A DNA stretch of 64,000 nt from an uncultured bacterium (GTDB lineage: Bacteria > Omnitrophota > Omnitrophia > Omnitrophales > Aquincolibacteriaceae), in assembly GCA_964434115.1 (NCBI GenBank), contig CAYSSX010000002.1, forward strand, positions 201,680 to 265,679, read 5' to 3'. Position 1 is the first letter of the stretch. Each line of letters opens with the position of its first letter. The notes beneath the pieces were generated by a model. It worked only from the letters and a program-made list of their open reading frames with translations, made no database searches and was not told the origin of the DNA. Below, piece after piece: positions 49,303 to 58,947 of the stretch. The translations under genes were made by a program, and so were the position numbers.

Positions 49303-50871
49303 ATGGATAAAGTGAAAAAAGTCATTTTTTACGACACCACCCTTCGTGACGGCACACAATCTGAAGGCATTAGTCTATCTCTTCAGGACAAACTGCAGAT
49401 CGCCAAGCGCCTCGATGATTTTGGCATGCAGTACATCGAGGGCGGCTGGCCGGGATCTAACCCCAAGGACTTGGCTTTCTTCAAAGAGATTAAGAGGGCG
49501 GGAATTCGCCGCGCCAAGATCGCAGCTTTTGGTTCCACCCGCCGGATGAATACGCGCGTTCAGGATGACGCCAATATCAAATCGCTTCTGGAATCCAAGA
49601 CCAAGGTGGTGACGATCTTTGGAAAATCATGGGACTTTCACGTGACCGAGGTTTTCCGGACATCACTTAAAGAAAATCTCGCCATGATTTATGATTCCGT
49701 GGCTTATTTGAAATCTAAAAAACTCGAAGTGATTTATGATGCGGAGCATTTTTTTGACGGCTTCAAACATAACCCCGAGTATGCCTTGAAGGCTATCCAG
49801 CAGGCGGTTCGTGCCGGCGCTGACAACATTTCGCTTTGTGATACAAACGGCGGTACGCTTCCCCACGAAATCCGCCATGCCATTTTACGCGTGAAGCGCT
49901 CGATCAAGACACCTTTGGGTATTCATTGTCATAATGATTCGGAAATGGCTGTTGCTAATTCCGTTCAAGCGGTGGGTGAGGGCGTTGTGCTTGTGCAGGG
50001 CACCGTTAATGGGCTTGGGGAACGCTGCGGCAACGCTAATCTGATGAGTATTCTGCCTATTTTACAGCTGAAGATGGGGCTTAAATGCTTTTCTGAAAAG
50101 AAACTCAAAGAACTCACGCAGGTTTCGCGCTACGTTTCAGAAATCTGCAATATGCCGATACCGATCAATCAGCCTTATACAGGACGTGCCGCTTTTGCTC
50201 ACAAAGGCGGAGTGCATATCAATGCCATGGCAAAAAACCCCGGAACGTATGAGCATCTGAATCCTGAAAAAATTGGTAATCACAGAAGATTTCTTGTTTC
50301 CGAGCTTGGCGGAAAAACCAATATTATGATGAAGGCCAAGGAGCTTGAGCTGGATCTGAACAAGGATTCTCACGAAGCCAAGAATATCATGTCGGAAATT
50401 CAGAAACTTGAAAATGAAGGCTACCAATTTGAAGCAGCTGAGGCGAGTTTTGAACTTTTGGTTCACCGCTTGACGGGAAAATTGAAGTCTTATTTTGAAG
50501 TCAAAAAAGTCGCGGTTCGCACTGAAAACATAGGCAGTGAGACGCCGGCTTCCGTGGCGGAAGTAAAAATTACGGCCAAGGGAAAAGATTTTTATGAAGT
50601 CGCTGACGGCGATGGGCCCGTGAATGCGCTGGACCGTGCGCTGCGCAAGGCGCTTCGCCGTTCTTATCCAGTGATCGATGAAACGCATTTGACGGACTAC
50701 AAGGTGCGTGTGGTGAATTCCGAAGCCGGTACCGCGGCGAAGGTCCGTGTCTTTATCCAGTTTCAAGATAAAGACAAAACCTGGACCACTGTCGGTGTTA
50801 ATGAAAACATCATTGAGGCCAGCTGGAAGGCCCTCGTTGATGCCATCCAGTATAAACTGTACAAGTCCTGA
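49303..50871 (+). CDS. cimA: (R)-citramalate synthase (LeuA-family, CimA-type)
   Basis: YDTTLRDGTQSEGISLS and YIEGGWPGSNPKD motifs characteristic of CimA rather than LeuA; C-terminal regulatory domain. Confidence 0.7.
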   Translation: MDKVKKVIFYDTTLRDGTQSEGISLSLQDKLQIAKRLDDFGMQYIEGGWPGSNPKDLAFFKEIKRAGIRRAKIAAFGSTRRMNTRVQDDANIKSLLESKTKVVTIFGKSWDFHVTEVFRTSLKENLAMIYDSVAYLKSKKLEVIYDAEHFFDGFKHNPEYALKAIQQAVRAGADNISLCDTNGGTLPHEIRHAILRVKRSIKTPLGIHCHNDSEMAVANSVQAVGEGVVLVQGTVNGLGERCGNANLMSILPILQLKMGLKCFSEKKLKELTQVSRYVSEICNMPIPINQPYTGRAAFAHKGGVHINAMAKNPGTYEHLNPEKIGNHRRFLVSELGGKTNIMMKAKELELDLNKDSHEAKNIMSEIQKLENEGYQFEAAEASFELLVHRLTGKLKSYFEVKKVAVRTENIGSETPASVAEVKITAKGKDFYEVADGDGPVNALDRALRKALRRSYPVIDETHLTDYKVRVVNSEAGTAAKVRVFIQFQDKDKTWTTVGVNENIIEASWKALVDAIQYKLYKS

Positions 50872-50880
50872 TTCTCTCCC

Positions 50881-53592
50881 ATGCCCGAACTTGATAAACA
50901 ATACAATTCAAACCAGATTGAGGCTTCCCGCTACACCTTTTGGGAATCCAAAGGATTCTTTCGTCCGCAAAGCGACCGCGGAGGGAAGACCTCAAAAAAA
51001 CCCTATGTCATTGTGATTCCTCCGCCCAACGTGACCGGAATCCTTCACATGGGCCACGCCCTTAATAATACGATTCAAGATATTCTGACGCGCTGGAACC
51101 GCATGCGGGGCTTTGACACACTCTGGATTCCCGGGGTGGATCATGCCGGTATCGCCACTCAAAACGTGGTGGAAAAGAAACTCGCGAAAGAAAAGAAAAC
51201 CCGCCAGGATTTGGGACGCGAAAAATTCTTAGAGGAAGTTTGGCATTGGAAAGAAGAGCATGGTAATACGATTACGCGCCAGCTTCGCCGCCTCGGAGCT
51301 TCTTGTGACTGGTCCCGGGAACGCTTTACGATGGACGAGGGTCTTTCAAAAGCTGTTCGTGAATCTTTTGTCCGGCTGTATGAGAAGGGCCTGATCTATC
51401 AAGGGCACTATATCATCAACTGGTGTCCCCGCTGTCAAACCGCTTTGTCTGATGAAGAAGCGGAACACCGTGAAACACAGGGCGCTCTGTACCATATTAA
51501 ATATCCGGTTGCAGGAATGGGGTCGGCTTGCGAGCGCTTGGGTGAGGACCATATTGTGGTTGCCACGACTCGCCCTGAAACCATGCTCGGAGATATGGCC
51601 GTTGCTGTTCACCCGGATGATCCGCGTTATCAGCATTTGAAAGGTAAGAAGATTTTACTGCCTTTGATGAACCGGGAAATTCCGATCATCCAGGATTCTT
51701 TTGTGGACCCAGCCTTTGGAACTGGCGCCGTGAAAGTAACGCCTGCGCATGACCCTAATGACTTTGAAATGGGAAAACGGCACAGCCTTCCGCAGTTAAA
51801 TGTCATGCATCCTGACGGTACCATGAATGTTCAGGCTGGGCCGTACATGGGGCTTGACCGGTTTGAAGCCCGTAAGCGTATTGTTGAAGACTTGGAATCT
51901 CGCGGACTCTTTGCGAAGCGCGATGTTCATACCCATTCGGTCGGGCATTGCTACCGCTGCCATACGGTGGTGGAACCTTATTTGTCAAAGCAGTGGTTTG
52001 TAAAAATGAAACCTCTGGCGGAAAAGGCGCTTGAAGCGCATCGGCAGGGCAAAACTACTTTTTATCCGGATCGCTGGACAAAGGTCTATACCAATTGGCT
52101 TGAAGGAATGCGTGACTGGTGTATTTCCCGGCAGATTTGGTGGGGCCATCAAATTCCTGTCTGGTATGACGACAAGCGAAATGTCTACGTGGCCCGTTCC
52201 GAAGAAGAAGCAAAAGCGCAGGCAAAGGCTAAACACGGTAAGGACGTCGCGCTTGAGCAGGATCCGGACGTTCTCGATACCTGGTTTTCTTCCTGGCTTT
52301 GGCCTTTTTCCACGCTGGGCTGGCCCGATCAAACCAAAGATCTCGAGCATTTTTACCCCACGTCAGATTTGGTGACGGCTTCGGAAATTATTTTTTTCTG
52401 GGTGGCCCGCATGATTATGGCAGGGCTTGAATTTATGGGGGAAGTGCCCTTTAGCCGGATTTATATTCATGGAACTGTCCGAGACGCCAAAGGGCTTAAG
52501 ATGTCAAAGTCTCTTGGAAACTCAATCGATCCCTTGGAAGTGATCAGTGAGATGGGGGCTGATGCGCTTCGCTATAGCATGATCATGTTGTCTTCACAGG
52601 ATGTTTATCTTTCGCGTGAGAAGTTTGAGGTCGGAAGGAATTTCACAAACAAAATCTGGAATGCCGCTCGTTTTGTATTGCTCCAGCTGGAAGGGTTCAC
52701 CTCGGGATCTTCCGAGTTAAAGGTGGATTTGGGAAAGCTTCCGATTGCAAGCCGCTGGATTCTTTCTGCTTTGGAACAAAAGACCCGTGAGGCGGATCGC
52801 AGCTTAAAAGATTTTGGCTTCGCACAAGCTTCCGAGACGATTTATCATTTTGTGTGGAACGATTTCTGTGATTGGTATATCGAGCTTGCCAAGCCGGCTG
52901 TTGTTAGCGAATCGGAAGCGGATAAGGAAAACACGAAACGCGTTCTTTTTTATGTGCTGGAACGCATCTGCCGTCTGCTGCATCCGTTTGCGCCATTTGT
53001 TTCTGAAGAGATATGGTCGCGTTTGCGTGATATGGCCTCTGACAAAGCAGCCTGGCCCGAAACGTTGATGCTGGCGCTTTGGCCGGGTGAGGAAGCGACT
53101 CGTTTTGAAGACAGTCAGGCTGAACAAAGCCTCGATGTTTTGCGCCGTGCGGTGACAGCCCTTCGTGATTTGCGGGCCAGTCTCAATATTTCCCCTGCCG
53201 AAAAACTGCAGGCTGTTTTCTTTTGCCGGAAAGACGAAGCGGCGGTTGTTCTCGAATCCTCGAGGGCAGAGGTTCTTCGCCTTGCACGTCTCGAGTCTTT
53301 TGAAATCACCCGGAGCTTTGAAAAAAACAAAGCGTATGTGGGGAACTCTTATCCGGATTTTGAGGCCTTTCTTCGCGTCGAGGGAGTGGTGGATCTGGAA
53401 AAGGAGCGAGACCGTCTTCAAAAGAAGCTGGCCGAAAAAGAAAAATACGTTCAATCTATCGAAAAAAAACTATCTAATGAAAACTTCGTCAAAAATGCAC
53501 CCCAGGAAGTTGTCGAGTCTGAGCGTGGCAAAATGGACGAAGCCCGCCGTGTCATGCAAGCGTATCAGGAACAGCTCGCCCTTTTTTGCTGA
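50881..53592 (+). CDS. valS: valyl-tRNA synthetase
   Basis: HIGH-type motif PPPNVTGILHMGHALN, KMSKS, C-terminal coiled coil; 903 aa. Confidence 0.95.
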   Translation: MPELDKQYNSNQIEASRYTFWESKGFFRPQSDRGGKTSKKPYVIVIPPPNVTGILHMGHALNNTIQDILTRWNRMRGFDTLWIPGVDHAGIATQNVVEKKLAKEKKTRQDLGREKFLEEVWHWKEEHGNTITRQLRRLGASCDWSRERFTMDEGLSKAVRESFVRLYEKGLIYQGHYIINWCPRCQTALSDEEAEHRETQGALYHIKYPVAGMGSACERLGEDHIVVATTRPETMLGDMAVAVHPDDPRYQHLKGKKILLPLMNREIPIIQDSFVDPAFGTGAVKVTPAHDPNDFEMGKRHSLPQLNVMHPDGTMNVQAGPYMGLDRFEARKRIVEDLESRGLFAKRDVHTHSVGHCYRCHTVVEPYLSKQWFVKMKPLAEKALEAHRQGKTTFYPDRWTKVYTNWLEGMRDWCISRQIWWGHQIPVWYDDKRNVYVARSEEEAKAQAKAKHGKDVALEQDPDVLDTWFSSWLWPFSTLGWPDQTKDLEHFYPTSDLVTASEIIFFWVARMIMAGLEFMGEVPFSRIYIHGTVRDAKGLKMSKSLGNSIDPLEVISEMGADALRYSMIMLSSQDVYLSREKFEVGRNFTNKIWNAARFVLLQLEGFTSGSSELKVDLGKLPIASRWILSALEQKTREADRSLKDFGFAQASETIYHFVWNDFCDWYIELAKPAVVSESEADKENTKRVLFYVLERICRLLHPFAPFVSEEIWSRLRDMASDKAAWPETLMLALWPGEEATRFEDSQAEQSLDVLRRAVTALRDLRASLNISPAEKLQAVFFCRKDEAAVVLESSRAEVLRLARLESFEITRSFEKNKAYVGNSYPDFEAFLRVEGVVDLEKERDRLQKKLAEKEKYVQSIEKKLSNENFVKNAPQEVVESERGKMDEARRVMQAYQEQLALFC

Positions 53593-53616
53593 CCGTTTAT
53601 TTATCCAGGATTTTCG

Positions 53617-54081
53617 ATGATTCTTGCGACTCTTTGCTACGTTAAGAAAAGCGGCAAGACGCTGATGCTTCATCGTGTCAAACGTAAGGGTGACATGCAT
53701 GAAGGCAAATGGAATGGCCTTGGCGGGAAAATGTTTCCCGGAGAAACCCCCGAAGAGTGTGTGATCCGGGAGGTCCGTGAAGAATCAGGCCTTGAAATCC
53801 GTAACCCGCGCCTCTGCGGCATTCTGACCTTCCCGAACTTTAACGGCCCAGACCATTGGTATGCGTTTGTATTTACGGCCCACGAGTTTGAGGGGGAACC
53901 TTTTCCGGAATGTGATGAAGGGCGGCTTGAATGGATTGAAGACGCTAAAGTCACCCAGCTGCCCCTGTGGGAAGGTGACCGCCATTTCCTTCAATGGATT
54001 GAAGAAGGGCGTTTTTTTTCCGGCCGCTTTCTTTATGAGAACGGCCGCTTATCAAGCCACGATGTTGTCTTTTACAAATAA
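53617..54081 (+). CDS. NUDIX hydrolase (MutT-like)
   Basis: Nudix box GGKMFPGETPEECVIREVREESGLEI. Confidence 0.85.
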   Translation: MILATLCYVKKSGKTLMLHRVKRKGDMHEGKWNGLGGKMFPGETPEECVIREVREESGLEIRNPRLCGILTFPNFNGPDHWYAFVFTAHEFEGEPFPECDEGRLEWIEDAKVTQLPLWEGDRHFLQWIEEGRFFSGRFLYENGRLSSHDVVFYK

Positions 54082-54143
54082 AGCCCCGATTTTACCTGCC
54101 CGCCGCACTTAAATATAGGCATTAGCTATTTATCGTATATCCA

Positions 54144-54166
54144 TAATCGATTAGATTAATGATCTA
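54144..54166 (+). promoter_or_regulatory. candidate operator: overlapping palindromes TAATCGATTA and TAGAT-N5-ATCTA upstream of ahpC (peroxide-stress repressor site candidate)
   Basis: Read directly: ccaTAATCGATTAGATTAATGATCTAgtc ~55 nt upstream of the ahpC ATG in an AT-rich stretch. Confidence 0.4.
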
Positions 54167-54220
54167 GTCTCCGGTAATCTCCTTCTTGAAACCAAAGACA
54201 ATATCCTCAAGGAGGCGGTT

Positions 54221-54760
54221 ATGATCGGAGTCGGACAGAAATTCCCCCCGTTCAAAGTTAAAGCCACAGTTTCCAGCGATATCAAAGATGCATTCACGGA
54301 AATTACCCACGACAGCTATCCAGGTAAATGGCTTGTTGTCTTTTTCTGGCCCAAGGATTTTACGTTTGTGTGTCCCACGGAGATCGCGGCCTTTGGGAAA
54401 CTTAATGGTGAATTCCGAGACCGGGATGCTCAGATTCTCGGAGCTAGCACGGATTCCGAGTTTGTCCATCTTGCGTGGCGGAAGGATAAATCCGAACTGC
54501 GTGATTTGCCTTTCCCGATGCTTGCGGATGTTAAAAGAGATCTCTCAAGCGCGCTTGGAATTCTTGATCCTAACGAAGGTGTCTCCCAGCGGGCTGTCTA
54601 CATTGTGGACCCGCAGGGCCTGGTTCGCTTTGTGATGGTGACGGATCTCAGCGTGGGGCGAAATCCGGAGGAAGTGCTTCGTGTTTTAGATGCGTTACAA
54701 ACAGATGAACTTTGCCCCTGCAATTGGAAAAAGGGTGAGGAAACGATTACGGCTGCTTGA
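54221..54760 (+). CDS. ahpC: peroxiredoxin AhpC (typical 2-Cys)
   Basis: Peroxidatic Cys motif FTFVCPTEI, resolving Cys near C-terminus (ELCPCNWKKGE); AAGGAGG RBS. Confidence 0.92.
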   Translation: MIGVGQKFPPFKVKATVSSDIKDAFTEITHDSYPGKWLVVFFWPKDFTFVCPTEIAAFGKLNGEFRDRDAQILGASTDSEFVHLAWRKDKSELRDLPFPMLADVKRDLSSALGILDPNEGVSQRAVYIVDPQGLVRFVMVTDLSVGRNPEEVLRVLDALQTDELCPCNWKKGEETITAA

Positions 54761-54778
54761 TGCGGAGAGGAGCAAAGT

Positions 54779-55327
54779 ATGAATACTACAACGCAGTCTT
54801 TTAAAGACAGTTTTCCGGAGTTTGCCAAAGACGTCAAAATTAACTTTGGAACAGTTTTGACTCCGGAAGGCAGTCCCGGATTAACTGAAAGCCAAATTGC
54901 GGGAGTTGCCCTTGCGTCAGCTTATGCGGTCCGGTCTCCCGTGGTTTTGAAAGCTATTCGTGAGAGCGCGGCGAGTGCTCTTGTGGAGCCGGAAGTTCAA
55001 GCTGCCAAGGCCGCGGCGAGCATTATGGCTATGAACAACGTCTACTACAGGTTCGTGCATCTCGTTGAAGATAAGGAATATCAAGCCATGCCAGCGAAAC
55101 TGCGGATGACTGTTATTGGAAATCCTGGAATTGCAAAGGTCGATTTTGAGCTCTATGCCATGGCGGTTTCAGCGGTCAACGGCTGCGGCATGTGTTTAGA
55201 CGCGCACGCTCGACAGCTCGTAAAAGCAGGGCTTTCAAAAGAGGCTATACAGTCGGCGGTGAGAATTGCAGCGGTTCTCAACTCGGCAGCTCAAACGTTC
55301 TGGATTTCAGAGCAGGAAGCTGCCTAG
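54779..55327 (+). CDS. ahpD: alkyl hydroperoxidase AhpD (carboxymuconolactone decarboxylase family)
   Basis: CxxxH catalytic motif NGCGMCLDAH; directly downstream of ahpC as in actinobacterial ahpC-ahpD. Confidence 0.85.
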   Translation: MNTTTQSFKDSFPEFAKDVKINFGTVLTPEGSPGLTESQIAGVALASAYAVRSPVVLKAIRESAASALVEPEVQAAKAAASIMAMNNVYYRFVHLVEDKEYQAMPAKLRMTVIGNPGIAKVDFELYAMAVSAVNGCGMCLDAHARQLVKAGLSKEAIQSAVRIAAVLNSAAQTFWISEQEAA

Positions 55328-55334
55328 GCGGGAG

Positions 55335-55370
55335 TCCGGAGCCCTTCGGGGGAGGGGCTCCGGATCTCTT
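55335..55370 (+). terminator. candidate intrinsic terminator after ahpD
   Basis: 9-bp stem TCCGGAGCC/GGCTCCGGA with GC-rich loop, followed by TCTCTTTGTCT. Confidence 0.5.
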
Positions 55371-55410
55371 TGTCTGCTCGGGTTTGGTATACTTCTAGAG
55401 AGGCCAAGCC

Positions 55411-56070
55411 ATGACATCAGCACGAAAATTTGTATCTCCAGAGCATGTCCTTCGCGAAATCTACCCCAAGACTTCGCTGGAGCTGGGAATTCCTGAAAAA
55501 CGCCGGGACGAGCTCATCGCGGCGGCCATTTTTGCATCCTTCCGCAACCATGAATTTGGAACCCACTTTCAATTCCATCCGGATTACCGAGAGATTCATG
55601 TTGAAGAGGATGCCCAGGGGATCGATGTTGTTTTGGAGGACCCGTCAGGCCGGAAGAAAAAACTGCAGATCAAAGGAGTTTATATCCAGCGTTCGATTGA
55701 ACGGCGCCGCCACCACGCGGTAAAAGGAGCGGCTCGCGTCACGGGCCGGCGAACACGGAGGCAGATCAAAAAGGACTCCAAGGAGCTTACGGCGATTATG
55801 CGGGGAGAGCTCACTAAAATCATTCATGACTACAGCGGTTTGGTGCTGATCATTCATGTCATTGCCGACCTGGCCACACAAACAAGTTTGGAAATAGCGA
55901 TCAAAAAGAGCAGCAAAATCGTTGCTAATCTTATGGCCAAAGAAGTTTGGTTCCTAAGGCACATTCCTGTTCGTGCCTTGAGTCCACAGCAGCCCGTAAC
56001 CTGCCACGCTTATAAGTTGATCAAAGTTTCCCCAGACAAACACACTTACGCTTTTTCATTTTCGGTCTAA
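55411..56070 (+). CDS. hypothetical protein (219 aa), basic central segment, no recognised domain
   Basis: ATG with AGAGAGG RBS; codon usage and GC similar to neighbours; Arg-rich stretch RRRHHAVKGAARVTGRRTRRQIKK; no motif I can assign. Confidence 0.55.
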   Translation: MTSARKFVSPEHVLREIYPKTSLELGIPEKRRDELIAAAIFASFRNHEFGTHFQFHPDYREIHVEEDAQGIDVVLEDPSGRKKKLQIKGVYIQRSIERRRHHAVKGAARVTGRRTRRQIKKDSKELTAIMRGELTKIIHDYSGLVLIIHVIADLATQTSLEIAIKKSSKIVANLMAKEVWFLRHIPVRALSPQQPVTCHAYKLIKVSPDKHTYAFSFSV

Positions 56071-56095
56071 GAAAGCTTTAAGAGGAAGGGGTTCT

Positions 56096-57340
56096 TTAGC
56101 GGGCCACGCTGGCAAGGCGTGCTTTGATGCGCTGGATGGCTTCTTCAATGTTTTCGCGGAAACCGAAAGAGCTCAGACGGAAATAGCCTTCCCCGCTTGG
56201 GCCAAAGCCTGCACCCGGCGTTCCAACCACGTGAGCTTCTTTGAGAAGCAGATCAAAAAATTCCCAAGAACCTAAATTGTTTGGAGTTTTCAGCCACACA
56301 TAAGGGGCATCCACACCGCCGTAAACTTTCAGTCCAAGGGCGGACAAACCTTCACGGATGATCCGGGCATTGTTCAAATAATACCGGATCATTTCGTCCA
56401 CTTCCTTTTGCCCCTGAGGAAAATAAACCGCTTCGGCAGCACGCTGAACAGGATAAGAAACCCCGTTAAATTTGGTGCAGTGGCGGCGATTCCACAGGGC
56501 GTGAACCGGGGATTTTTCGCCTTTATTGTTTTTGGCCATGAGCTCTTTGGGAACTACCGTGAAGGCGCAGCGGATTCCTGTAAATCCGGCATTCTTTGAA
56601 AAGCTCCGGAATTCAATGGCAACTTCGCGGGCACCCTCGACCTCATAGATCGAATGAGGCAATTCAGGATTAGTGATAAAAGCGTGATAGGCCGCATCAA
56701 AAAAGATAATGGCTTCGTTTTTTCGCGCGTAATCAACCCAGCCTTTGAGGTCTGATCGTGTCATGACCGTGCCTGTCGGATTATTAGGTGAACAGAGGTA
56801 AATGAGGTCAACCTTCTCTTTAGGAAAAGAAGGGGTGAAATTGTTTTCAGCGGTAGACGCCATATAAACGATGCCGCGATAATGACCGCTATCAGTCATC
56901 TCGCCGGTGCGGCCGGCCATGACATTGGTGTCGACATACACAGGGTAGACCGGGTCTGTAACAGCAATTTTGCTCTGAATATCAAAAATTTCCTGAATGT
57001 TGCCGGAGTCGCACTTGGAACCATCTGAAACAAAAATTTCATCCGGGTGAATGGTGACGCCGCGGCTTCCAAAGTCGTATTTGGCAATCGCTTCACGGAG
57101 AAAGTCATAACCCTGTTCAGGGCCATAACCCCGGAAGGTGTTGGCCTCACCCATTTCGTCCACGGCTTTTTTCATCGCCTCTCGAATCGAAACAGGGATG
57201 GGGAGGACGACATCGCCGATGCCCAGCCGGATGATTTTGGCGCTGGGGTTTTGCGTGGAAAACTCGCGTACCCGCCGGGCTATTTCCGGAAAAAGGTAGC
57301 CGGCTTTCAGTTTTTGGTAGTGGGTATTAAGGGTTGCCAT
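56096..57340 (-). CDS. dapL: LL-diaminopimelate aminotransferase
   Basis: N-terminus [24 protein letters not shown] characteristic of DapL; fold-type I aminotransferase; start set at Met 57340 (track ORF has a ~97-aa upstream extension). Confidence 0.78.
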   Translation of the reverse strand: MATLNTHYQKLKAGYLFPEIARRVREFSTQNPSAKIIRLGIGDVVLPIPVSIREAMKKAVDEMGEANTFRGYGPEQGYDFLREAIAKYDFGSRGVTIHPDEIFVSDGSKCDSGNIQEIFDIQSKIAVTDPVYPVYVDTNVMAGRTGEMTDSGHYRGIVYMASTAENNFTPSFPKEKVDLIYLCSPNNPTGTVMTRSDLKGWVDYARKNEAIIFFDAAYHAFITNPELPHSIYEVEGAREVAIEFRSFSKNAGFTGIRCAFTVVPKELMAKNNKGEKSPVHALWNRRHCTKFNGVSYPVQRAAEAVYFPQGQKEVDEMIRYYLNNARIIREGLSALGLKVYGGVDAPYVWLKTPNNLGSWEFFDLLLKEAHVVGTPGAGFGPSGEGYFRLSSFGFRENIEEAIQRIKARLASVAR

Positions 57341-57428
57341 GGGGGCGGAGTTTAACACAACCTCAAGCGCGGCCGCAAGCCCTTCAGAGAGCTTAGGCTG
57401 CGAAGGCCTTTTGCCGATACAAAGACGT

Positions 57429-58304
57429 ATGAAACACCCTTTCTTTTTCTTCCTTTTTAGCAGCCTGCTCATTTTGAATCCGGCCCTGCTTTTTTCGGCT
57501 GAGGCAAAATCATCCAGCTCTTCAGAGAAGGTTCTTGCCCAAGGCCTGGAACTTTTCAAAAAAGGGTCTTGGGATGAATCCCAAGAGGCTTTTTCCCGGG
57601 CGGCTAAAAGCCCGAGGGTCGAAGACCGCATACAGGCTTACGAAGGACTTGCCGCGCTCTACCAAAAGCTTGGGTTGAAAAAGAAGGAGGCCCGTGCGCT
57701 TAAGGATCTGAAAAGAGAGAAAACTTTTCAGGAAAAGCTGCTTCCCAAAGATCAAGCTTTTTATGAGACGTACAAAGTGAAAAAGGGGGACACTTACGCG
57801 CGCATTGCCTCGCGGCGAAGAATCAGTGAGGAATGGCTTATGCGGATTAATGAGAAAAAACTTTTAGTAGAGAATCGTACGATCCTTGTACCCAAGGAGC
57901 GCTATGCGCTGGTGATCGATAAAAGTGCGAAAAAGTTGATGTGGAAAAGAGGCGATGAGGTTTTGAAATCTTATCCCGTTTCAGTGGGACGGGAAGGAAG
58001 CGAGACTCCCGAAGGTGAATTCCGAGTCGAAGAGAAAATTAAGGACCCGGTTTGGTACCGGATGAACCAGGTCTATCCTCCTGACAGTCCCAAAAATCTT
58101 TTAGGAACTCGCTGGATGGGACTTAGTCAAAAAGGTTACGGGATTCATGGGACGCGAAATCCCTACAGCATAGGGTCTGCGGTCAGCCATGGCTGTATCC
58201 GGATGTTTAATCATGATGTTGAAGAGCTTTTCTCCTGGGTTCCTGTAGGCACGCCCGTTTTGATTCACACCGGAAATGTTCCCTCCTCGGTTAAAACCAG
58301 TTAA
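57429..58304 (+). CDS. L,D-transpeptidase (YkuD domain) with LysM-like module and signal peptide
   Basis: Signal peptide [26 protein letters not shown]; LysM-like [27 protein letters not shown]; catalytic HGT...SHGCIRM. Confidence 0.85.
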   Translation: MKHPFFFFLFSSLLILNPALLFSAEAKSSSSSEKVLAQGLELFKKGSWDESQEAFSRAAKSPRVEDRIQAYEGLAALYQKLGLKKKEARALKDLKREKTFQEKLLPKDQAFYETYKVKKGDTYARIASRRRISEEWLMRINEKKLLVENRTILVPKERYALVIDKSAKKLMWKRGDEVLKSYPVSVGREGSETPEGEFRVEEKIKDPVWYRMNQVYPPDSPKNLLGTRWMGLSQKGYGIHGTRNPYSIGSAVSHGCIRMFNHDVEELFSWVPVGTPVLIHTGNVPSSVKTS

Positions 58305-58464
58305 ATAAAACCCTTCCCCAGTGTGAGGAAGATGGATTCCGGCGGCTCTTTTTGGCGTAAAGCTTTTTTATTTTCCGCTGGAAGGCCCGCGCGAGGCCGT
58401 GCTTACACTAAAAAAGACAGATCCTCATAAGAGGCATGGATAAAAAGAGGTTTTTGAGGGGATC

Positions 58465-58947
58465 TCAAGCGTTTTTGCGGTTGAGTGCAATGTTCATTTC
58501 TTTTGATAGGGACGACTGATCTTCATTGAAGCGGACGGCCAAGAGAGGTCTTGATCCACCCGTATGACGTATGACACGTCCTTCGACTTCAATCGACTCT
58601 TTTGTCTTCGGGTCGAGAATGATGGTGATCCGTATCGTAGCTTTGCCTGCCAGGGGTTCTGCGAAAGATAAAGCATGGTCAAGCTCAAAAAGCAGGCCCT
58701 GGGAACTGAAATTCAGAATGCTGGCCTGATTAATCCAGTTGTCTTCATGGGTTGTGCTGATAACTGCCCGCGCCTGGATAAGGCATTTTGACCGGTCCTC
58801 GCTTCTGCGATTGTGGGAGATTCCCGAAGGCAGCGGTTTGGCCTGGGATGATGGAGGAGAAGGTTCTGTGTCCGCCCGAGCTTTTTTAGAGGGGACATCT
58901 TCCCGCCGAGTTTGAATTTTTTTAAGGGCTTCGCTGAATTTACTCAT
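58465..58947 (-). CDS. PilZ-domain protein (c-di-GMP receptor candidate) with disordered Ser/Pro-rich N-terminus
   Basis: RxxxR (RRSEDR) and D/NxSxxG (NFSSQG) c-di-GMP binding motifs; start set at MSKFSEALKK (58947). Confidence 0.7.
   Translation of the reverse strand: MSKFSEALKKIQTRREDVPSKKARADTEPSPPSSQAKPLPSGISHNRRSEDRSKCLIQARAVISTTHEDNWINQASILNFSSQGLLFELDHALSFAEPLAGKATIRITIILDPKTKESIEVEGRVIRHTGGSRPLLAVRFNEDQSSLSKEMNIALNRKNA

Noticed and set aside
50137-50901. 254-aa minus-strand ORF inside cimA
   Set aside because: Shadow ORF opposite a conserved LeuA-family gene.
57341-57631. ~97-aa N-terminal extension of the dapL ORF on the minus strand
   Set aside because: DapL homologues begin at [20 protein letters not shown]. 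The extension overlaps the divergent ldt gene start and has low-complexity composition.
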